From positions 1 to 64,000 of IMG/VR virus record IMGVR_UViG_3300035683_000001: DNA of 64,000 nt; one strand, given 5' to 3'. Position 1 is the first letter of the stretch. Each line of letters starts with the position of its first letter. The position numbers and the translations under genes were made by a program. The notes under the pieces are model-generated. The model was given only the letters and a program-made list of their open reading frames with translations, was not told the origin of the DNA and searched no databases. Of the stretch, positions 30,001 through 36,154 are shown one piece after another. The DNA is from a virus.

Positions 30001-30560
30001 GTCTGATAGGAGGTGGTGGAGGCGCTGGCGGACTTGGTTCAATCGTTAGCACGATTTTTGGTGGTGGCGGTTCCGGTGGTGGTGGCGGGTTAAATGTGTT
30101 GTCCGCTGTCGGTTCTATCTTTGGATTGTACGAAGGTGGTGAGATTACCCCTGATATGGCAATCCAGAATTACGAGTCAGGTGGCATTGTTGGCAAACTG
30201 AAGGCGGCTATCAAGAAAGAGAAAGCCATGTCAGGCGGCAAACCAGCCGTCCCTGCTGTGCTGACGGCTGGCGAACGAGTTTTGAGTATTGAGCAAAACC
30301 GCAGGTTTGAGCAGTTGGGCGGCTTGAAAATATTAAACTTCAGTCAAGGTGGACGTGTTCCGGGCGGTTCGTTCGCTAAAGCTGTTGCTGAAAAGTCTGG
30401 AGGTTCCAATAATTCCGTGAGCGTCAATATCCCTGTCAACATCCAAAGCGGCAACGATGGAAGCATTGATGAACGGAAATTCAAGCAAGTCTTAGATGCC
30501 AAGGTAAGGCAGGTGATTCAAGAGGAAAGTCGGCAGGGCGGCAGTTTGAGACGACGGTAA
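18048..30560 (+). CDS. tail tape measure protein (4170-aa precursor, intein-containing)
   Basis: Position after the G/GT chaperones. Long coiled-coil regions. Conserved TMP core [14 protein letters not shown] / [29 protein letters not shown], hydrophobic segments, and a Gly-rich C-terminus. Confidence 0.95.
   Translation: [4170 protein letters not shown]
22701..23135 (+). other. mini-intein (145 aa) inside the TMP core motif
   Basis: Begins with Cys1 ([10 protein letters not shown]). Has block B TPNH, a C-terminal [24 protein letters not shown], and Ser at +1. The flanking exteins rejoin to QLSE-SLPGAF. It is too short to hold a homing endonuclease domain. Confidence 0.8.
25259..25282. repeat. 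24-mer TGTAACCGCAATTTCAAGCGGTCA (copy 2, in frame inside the TMP)
   Basis: Encodes (G)VTAISSGQ within the TMP. Identical to 16650-16673. Confidence 0.95.
26230..26650 (+). other. M23 (LytM-type) peptidase domain of the TMP
   Basis: LHNGIDFD (HxxxD), DYGHV and GGHLDVKI (the HxH position reads H-L-D). Confidence 0.6.
26920..27360 (+). other. GH19/chitinase-like lysozyme domain of the TMP
   Basis: [15 protein letters not shown] ... [15 protein letters not shown] ... matches the GH19-type endolysin signature. Confidence 0.65.
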
Positions 30561-30565
30561 GAAAA

Positions 30566-30592
30566 AAGCGGTTCTCGTTTTGAGAACCGCTT
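30566..30592 (-). terminator. terminator hairpin shared by the convergent TMP and 30616-31431 genes
   Basis: 11-bp perfect stem AAGCGGTTCTC / GAGAACCGCTT. The T-run is on the - strand. Confidence 0.7.
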
Positions 30593-30615
30593 ACACCCAT
30601 CAATCGGAGAAAACT

Positions 30616-31431
30616 TTACTCTCGGTAGTCCATCACCTCGAAATTGAATATAGCTAACGCAGACTTGACGGCTGATAGGGGTTCAGCATCTTGATTGACA
30701 ATGTTAGCAGCCGCAACCGCTTGCACTAAGTCAAGTCGCCTCAATGCCGTCATTCCGTAATGATCTCGCAGCAACGACTTATCCCCAATCCCTAGTTCAG
30801 TTCGGATTGCTGCGGCACACTTACCAAACAATCCTCGGTTAATTGCATCCTGGCAGTTAGAGTAAACAAACTGGCGAAACTTATCAGAGCGTTCGAGGTG
30901 ACTTTCCTTGTAGTCTTTGATGGCTGCACCTAGAGTCCAGAATGCCTCCTTTGTCCTTTGGCGAAGTTCTAGCCTTGCTTGCCTTGTTTCCTCGTCAATC
31001 GCCTCGCCAAACTGAGACAATGCCAAAGATTCCAATGAATCAGCTAAACCCGCTAGTGCTAACTGACAGGCGTGTTCGTTGCCTTGGAAAACTTCCCAGT
31101 TGACAAGCTGGAGAAATCCCTCAAAGCAAACAATCGACACCATACCATTCTTGGGAACGGTTAAACCTAGACTAATGACGTGATCCTTATTGATAATTTT
31201 GGCTTTGATTTTTCCGAGCTTGGAATTATCGCCTAGCAAGGCTTTCAGCTTTTTTGACTCTACTTTTTTCCGAGCTAAGTCAGGTTCGTAGTCAAGAATT
31301 CTTTCGATAGCGGGATAAGTCATATAGAGCTTGCTACTCTCGTCTATCCCCATTGGCAAAGCATATTGCCCGTACTTAATGCTCTCAACACGGATTTCTA
31401 ATGTGTATCCGTTCTTGGTACTATTATTCAT
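30616..31431 (-). CDS. hypothetical protein (moron)
   Basis: 271-aa ORF on the opposite strand between the TMP and the tail-tip genes. No confident family assignment. Confidence 0.55.
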   Translation of the reverse strand: MNNSTKNGYTLEIRVESIKYGQYALPMGIDESSKLYMTYPAIERILDYEPDLARKKVESKKLKALLGDNSKLGKIKAKIINKDHVISLGLTVPKNGMVSIVCFEGFLQLVNWEVFQGNEHACQLALAGLADSLESLALSQFGEAIDEETRQARLELRQRTKEAFWTLGAAIKDYKESHLERSDKFRQFVYSNCQDAINRGLFGKCAAAIRTELGIGDKSLLRDHYGMTALRRLDLVQAVAAANIVNQDAEPLSAVKSALAIFNFEVMDYRE

Positions 31432-31513
31432 GCTACTCCTAGGTCAGATCTAGTGGTGGAAGCCGTGTCTACCGAGTGTTGTCAGCACTTGGTAGGGGCG
31501 CAATACTCTTTTA

Positions 31514-32008
31514 TTATCTCATACTTGCTGGCTGAACAAAAAGCGAATCGTAGTTTTGAACAGAGTTATAAATAAAGGTTCGCACGTCACAGCAATCGTT
31601 CAACAAGGCACCTATTTCACTGACAGTCATTTTCTGTGTGACTTGTTCTATCAAGTAATCCTTGTAGTTGCTCTTACTAGAAAACAAGAGCGGAGGATTT
31701 GTTATTACCACAGTAAACAGCGAAATAATTACAATTTTCGTCTTACCTTCTCTAGACTTCACGCTAATGTTTGCGTAGTCTAAGTTGGGATCAAGCAAGA
31801 CATCCTGAATCTTTTTGTGAAAAAAACTACGCCAATTTTCTCGTGGATTCTGCTGTCTCCATGACTTGACTCCTAGCAGAGAACTCAAAAATATAGCCCA
31901 AACAAGAGTTTCTTTGAATTCGATCTCTGATTCCTCAACAAGGCTTTCGGCGTACTTTACTGCATACCCATCACCCAGTATCGCCTTGCGTCGCTTTGCC
32001 TCTCCCAT
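31514..32008 (-). CDS. hypothetical protein (moron)
   Basis: 164-aa ORF with the N-terminus MGEAKRRK. Confidence 0.5.
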   Translation of the reverse strand: MGEAKRRKAILGDGYAVKYAESLVEESEIEFKETLVWAIFLSSLLGVKSWRQQNPRENWRSFFHKKIQDVLLDPNLDYANISVKSREGKTKIVIISLFTVVITNPPLLFSSKSNYKDYLIEQVTQKMTVSEIGALLNDCCDVRTFIYNSVQNYDSLFVQPASMR

Positions 32009-32044
32009 GATTTTTGCCCTTGAAAGCTACACCCCTATAATACT

Positions 32045-32293
32045 TTGTACACATTAGTCAATAGTTTTATGACACTCACCACCCTATTGCCACTCATCCC
32101 CCTATCGCTAATCGCCCTCTTTCTCAGGCAGATAGTAGTCTTGCTTGAGGAGATTGCATCTAAGTCAGAGGTAAACAATCCACAGAAAGAAGCAACTGTG
32201 GATGACTTCGTTCGCATGATGGTGAATAGCGGTGTCGATGTCCCAACAGTGACGAGAAAAGTGAAAGACGCAATGCTTAGTCAGTCGCGATAG
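32045..32293 (+). CDS. small membrane protein
   Basis: 82-aa ORF with a hydrophobic N-terminus (LTTLLPLIPLSLIALFL). Confidence 0.35.
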   Translation: MYTLVNSFMTLTTLLPLIPLSLIALFLRQIVVLLEEIASKSEVNNPQKEATVDDFVRMMVNSGVDVPTVTRKVKDAMLSQSR

Positions 32294-32421
32294 GAATACT
32301 GAAAACGAGGCAAGCAGATTGCTTCTCCCGTAAATGTTTTACATAGTCCCTTAGCGTTGTGTCTCGCGCTAGGGGATTTTTCATTGATAGGAACTCTGCG
32401 AGGTAGCGCAACGCCTTGCAA

Positions 32422-33069
32422 ATGACTAGTATCCAGGCAGTCAGCCAATCCTTAGACCTAGAAAGCCCAATTGATCTTTTCTCCATCAGTGGGAATGGCA
32501 TCGCCACGCCGTTTTACTTCTGTAACGTCAAAAATGTTGTCTTCAATGGGCAAGAGTATCAGGCTATCCCCTGCGAGTTTGAATGGCTTACCCTCTCTAG
32601 CGAAGGTGCCGTACCCACGAGTCGGCTCATCATCAGCGACGTGAGCGGAATCATTGGAGCGATCGCAGTGCAGTATAACCTCGTGGGAGCGACACTCACG
32701 GCTATTCGGACTTACCCTTTCTTCCTCGATACAAACGTCGGAAGTGATCCAACGCAGTCACACCCACCCGTCAAGCTTAGAATCAATAAATTAACAAGTG
32801 ACTATGGCAATCAAATCGAACTCGAATGCATTACAGGCTTCGATATTGAACGGCGGAAGATACCAGGACGGGCATATCTGAGGCGTTGCTCATGGATCTT
32901 GTCAGACTCCAACTGCCAAGCACCAACTAATATCAGTTTTGACTTAATGGGCAATCCTACAAGCTTTGAAAATCGTGCCTGCAACAAGGACTTTACCTCT
33001 TGCCAGAGATACCACAGTTCAGCGTTTGGTAGGCGATTCGGCGGATTTCCTGCTAGCAATCGACGGTAA
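32422..33069 (+). CDS. minor tail protein L (lambda gpL-like)
   Basis: FYFCN ... FNGQEYQAIPCEFEWL ... SRLIISDVSGIIG ... IPGRAYLRRCSWILSDSNC ... CNKDFTSCQRY ... FGGFP parallels lambda gpL, including the C-terminal Cys cluster. ATG 32422 is preferred over TTG 32416. Confidence 0.8.
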   Translation: MTSIQAVSQSLDLESPIDLFSISGNGIATPFYFCNVKNVVFNGQEYQAIPCEFEWLTLSSEGAVPTSRLIISDVSGIIGAIAVQYNLVGATLTAIRTYPFFLDTNVGSDPTQSHPPVKLRINKLTSDYGNQIELECITGFDIERRKIPGRAYLRRCSWILSDSNCQAPTNISFDLMGNPTSFENRACNKDFTSCQRYHSSAFGRRFGGFPASNRR

Positions 33070-33132
33070 CAAAAGGGAATGCCTAGATGTCCTCCGATCG
33101 CTCCAAGTCTGGCTCATGGCTTGGAGCGTTTC

Positions 33133-33411
33133 TTATTCTGCCTTCTCTGGTAACGGTTGCCAGTGCGTCACACCTCCCGCTATTCCTCCTCCTACCACTC
33201 GCCACAAGTCACGCCCTTCGTACACTGCGACAACGGAATGAGGCAAGCTGGGACTGCATATTAGTATGGGCGTTGCAAACTCAGGAAGCGATCGCTCCAC
33301 AGGAATCCACCCCTCCTTGGGTTGTTCATCCTCAAATCCTTTAAACAACTGTCCCCATCCAAGGGCTTCAATCCCTGTATTGAACACAACATGAATATTG
33401 ATTAATGCCAT
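33133..33411 (-). CDS. DUF551-like phage protein (moron)
   Basis: The C-terminal VTHWQPLPE matches the DUF551 hallmark THWMPLPEPP. Confidence 0.5.
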   Translation of the reverse strand: MALINIHVVFNTGIEALGWGQLFKGFEDEQPKEGWIPVERSLPEFATPILICSPSLPHSVVAVYEGRDLWRVVGGGIAGGVTHWQPLPEKAE

Positions 33412-33415
33412 TTTC

Positions 33416-33712
33416 TTATCCTAAATTTATGTCTGCGCCTAGACGGTCACTTAACCATTGCTTATACATCTCAACTTCTCTCTCCATCCAATGGCAAAGT
33501 GCTTGATGGTATTCCTCATTAGAGATTATGCCTTTATCAAAAAGCACTTGAACTAACGCTGCGTGTTCCACCATTGCAGAATTAACCCCTACCCTTAAGT
33601 GCTTTGGCTGGGTGTCAGTTGGATCATAGTTCATCTTCATCGCTGCACCCGATTGCATTGCATGGCACAGTGCAGCATATCGTTCTTGTAGTTGATTGAG
33701 AGAGTCGCTCAT
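33416..33712 (-). CDS. hypothetical protein (moron)
   Basis: 98-aa ORF. Confidence 0.45.
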   Translation of the reverse strand: MSDSLNQLQERYAALCHAMQSGAAMKMNYDPTDTQPKHLRVGVNSAMVEHAALVQVLFDKGIISNEEYHQALCHWMEREVEMYKQWLSDRLGADINLG

Positions 33713-33748
33713 TAGGAATCCTGCCTCAAATGAATGCTATGAGCCACC

Positions 33749-34585
33749 ATGATATCCGAATCCATAAAAGCCCAAATTCGTACACTCTGGAAAGGTAGCA
33801 ACCCATCAGAGGAAAGTTGTGGAGTAATTGCAGAAGATCACGCTATCCCCTGCCAGAATTTAGCACTTGCACCAGGTTCAGTTGATAAAGAGTACTACGA
33901 AAAGAAAGGTTTGCCCGTCCCCCCTACTCGCGATGAAGACTTCATCCTTGCAATACCATCAGGCGTGAAAGCTGAGGCAATCTGGCACGTCCACTATACA
34001 GACTTAATGCCTGGTGAGCTTAGCTTTGGTGATATTGAGAAATGCAAGTTTAACCGCAATCAATTGCCCTATATTCTCTATCGCCCAAAGTTCGATGAAC
34101 ACACCCCCGAATGTTGGGACTACTACGATCCAAAACTGGCGAACCCATTCCCTCTGACCAATACCAAAGATCCCGCAACACTCGACTTCTACCTTGGCTG
34201 GCATTTTATCTGGGGTCGTAGCGATTGCTTTGCACTGGTACGCTGCTACTTTCTTGGCAAACTGGGGATAGATATCGGTGACTTTAAGCGACCGGATCGC
34301 AATGCTCGTCGCACATTCCCTCAGCCTGAATACGTGGCACCCTGGAAGGCTGAAGAGAATGGCTTTGTGCGGATTCCACGGGGTGAGGTGGTACGGATTA
34401 ATGATGTAGTGGAGATTGCCCAGAAGGGCGGAAGTAATGCAAACCATATCGCCGTAATCATTGATGACACCGCAATGCAGATGCTTCACTCACCAGGACG
34501 GGGCGATGTGAGCAAAGTTGAGGTGTATAGCGATTACTGGCAGAGTCGGACGGTGAATCATTTCCGTCACAAGAATTTTGCTTGA
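33749..34585 (+). CDS. tail assembly protein K (lambda gpK-like; MPN/JAB + NlpC/P60)
   Basis: HVHYTD...S..D JAMM-like motif. NlpC/P60 residues GRSDCFALVRCYF ... HIAVII ... MLHSPG. Confidence 0.75.
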   Translation: MISESIKAQIRTLWKGSNPSEESCGVIAEDHAIPCQNLALAPGSVDKEYYEKKGLPVPPTRDEDFILAIPSGVKAEAIWHVHYTDLMPGELSFGDIEKCKFNRNQLPYILYRPKFDEHTPECWDYYDPKLANPFPLTNTKDPATLDFYLGWHFIWGRSDCFALVRCYFLGKLGIDIGDFKRPDRNARRTFPQPEYVAPWKAEENGFVRIPRGEVVRINDVVEIAQKGGSNANHIAVIIDDTAMQMLHSPGRGDVSKVEVYSDYWQSRTVNHFRHKNFA

Positions 34586-34740
34586 TTGTTCCGCGCTAGC
34601 CGAGAGTTGAACTCGGAATGTCGATTCCTGCATAGCTGCTTTACATCTGCCAAGATTTGGACTCTTGACAACATCGACAAGGTGCTTTCTCCTGCGGTTG
34701 CCAATTTCGCCACTAGCGCTTGTTTTAGTTTAGCTAAAGT

Positions 34741-34762
34741 TAACCGCTAGATCTAGCGGTTA
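34741..34762. repeat. 22-bp perfect palindrome TAACCGCTAGATCTAGCGGTTA (family copy 2)
   Basis: Read directly. It lies 69 nt upstream of the 34831 gene. Confidence 0.95.
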
Positions 34763-34830
34763 GACTCGCCAGTTCGTAGGGAAAGGTGAAAAAATAATAA
34801 CAAGTACCTTGTATCTACTTTTACCTCCCT

Positions 34831-36117
34831 ATGACGCATCCTGCTTTGATTCAGAAGTATTCCGACATCAAGACTGATGGCTACAAGGAGCTATTGAGGA
34901 ACCTGCGATCGCTTGCCTATCCAGTATTTGAGCGCAACTTCGGTTTAAACACGAGCATAGAGTCAGCGCTGAATGATTTTGTGTCTGACTTTGTAGAAAG
35001 CCTACTCAAGTCCGATCCGGTTCCGAGGAATGCAGATGAAGCTGAATTACTGGCATGGATGCATCAATCGGCTGTCAATAAAGTTCAAGTGAATGGCAGA
35101 GGAAGGAGAATTATTGAATTAAGGGCAATAAGCTTCTGTCAAAAACTAGCCAAAGGAAACTCAAGGGAATTAATCGAGGACTATGCAACCGTCGCAACAC
35201 GAGCGCCCTCTGTGGAGGGCCTAGACGTTACTGACAACTTCAAACACTATCTAGCCAATAAAGGATGGATAAGCACTAAAAGACAGTGCCAGCTTCTGAG
35301 GTTTTTAGAGTTACGGCTACAAGGCTTGAGACGGCAAGAAATTTGTCAAGAGATGGGGCTGACAATCCATGAAGGCGATTTGCTTCAGCAGGGACTAGCA
35401 CACCACTACAAAAGATTTGTCGAGGATGATGGGGCTATTCGCGCAGTCAGGATTAAATCAGATGCGTTCACTGGAGTAATAAAACTTGTATCCCCTAATG
35501 GCAATCTCTACGAGGTTCATTCAGATAATTTCGCTAAATTTGGTAGGCAAGTAGGCTTAAGGGTGAAAGAGTTGGAGTCCTTAGCCGTTGGGCGAGCTGG
35601 ATTGTTAAAGGGATGGAGGCTTACCGAAGAATCAATATTTGCACTTGATGTTCATTCACTTAAGAACGAATCATCTACAGCAGAACAAGTCTATGAGCGG
35701 TTTAGTAGGTATGGGATTGAAGAAGGAGCAAGGTTAAACAAGCACTATTTTGAACACTTCCAAACCGAGATAGACGGCAACCGAGAGGCTATCACCATAT
35801 ATAGAGACGGCTCAGTGTTTTGGGAGCATATCGAGTTCAATGAAGACTACTGGATTGCTGACAGCAACGGCTGGTTTGGTGACCCTAGTACCGACTACCC
35901 AATCATTGAACCTCCCGAACCAAACATGGACAGAGAAGACCACTGGCTGTACGGAGCAAAGGCGAATAGTCACTGCTGGATTCATTGCTACCCTAACACT
36001 GATAAATTATTGCAAAGCGCTAGACTCCTCAATGTTCAACTAGCGTGTACACTTCCGAACTACACAAAATTCACTCTACTTCGACTGACTCGTCAACTTA
36101 AGCACAACGCCTCATAA
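34831..36117 (+). CDS. hypothetical protein; N-terminal ECF-sigma-like regions 2 and 4 plus a C-terminal extension
   Basis: AELLAWMHQSAVNKV (region 2-like) and STKRQCQLLRFLELRLQGLRRQEICQEMGLTIHEG (region 4 HTH-like). The C-terminal IKLVSPNGNLYEVHSDNFAKFGRQVGL...LLKGWRL resembles DNA-binding modules of homing endonucleases. Tentative. Confidence 0.3.
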   Translation: MTHPALIQKYSDIKTDGYKELLRNLRSLAYPVFERNFGLNTSIESALNDFVSDFVESLLKSDPVPRNADEAELLAWMHQSAVNKVQVNGRGRRIIELRAISFCQKLAKGNSRELIEDYATVATRAPSVEGLDVTDNFKHYLANKGWISTKRQCQLLRFLELRLQGLRRQEICQEMGLTIHEGDLLQQGLAHHYKRFVEDDGAIRAVRIKSDAFTGVIKLVSPNGNLYEVHSDNFAKFGRQVGLRVKELESLAVGRAGLLKGWRLTEESIFALDVHSLKNESSTAEQVYERFSRYGIEEGARLNKHYFEHFQTEIDGNREAITIYRDGSVFWEHIEFNEDYWIADSNGWFGDPSTDYPIIEPPEPNMDREDHWLYGAKANSHCWIHCYPNTDKLLQSARLLNVQLACTLPNYTKFTLLRLTRQLKHNAS

Positions 36118-36154
36118 ATCAGGAATTATCAAGTGATGAGCTTGAGAACTTCCG

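Noticed and set aside
31446-31468. CCTAGGTCAGATCTAGTGGTGG, a possible fifth, degenerate copy of the AGATCTAGCGGT palindrome.
   Set aside because: Only the right half matches (12 of 14). The left arm is unrelated, so it does not form the palindrome. Noted as a possible decayed copy, not counted.
32966-33344. + strand ORFs 32966-33241 and 33087-33344 after the gpL gene.
   Set aside because: They overlap the gpL 3' end and lie antisense to the DUF551-like gene (33133-33411), which has a recognisable C-terminal motif. Their translations are S/P/L-rich and low-complexity.
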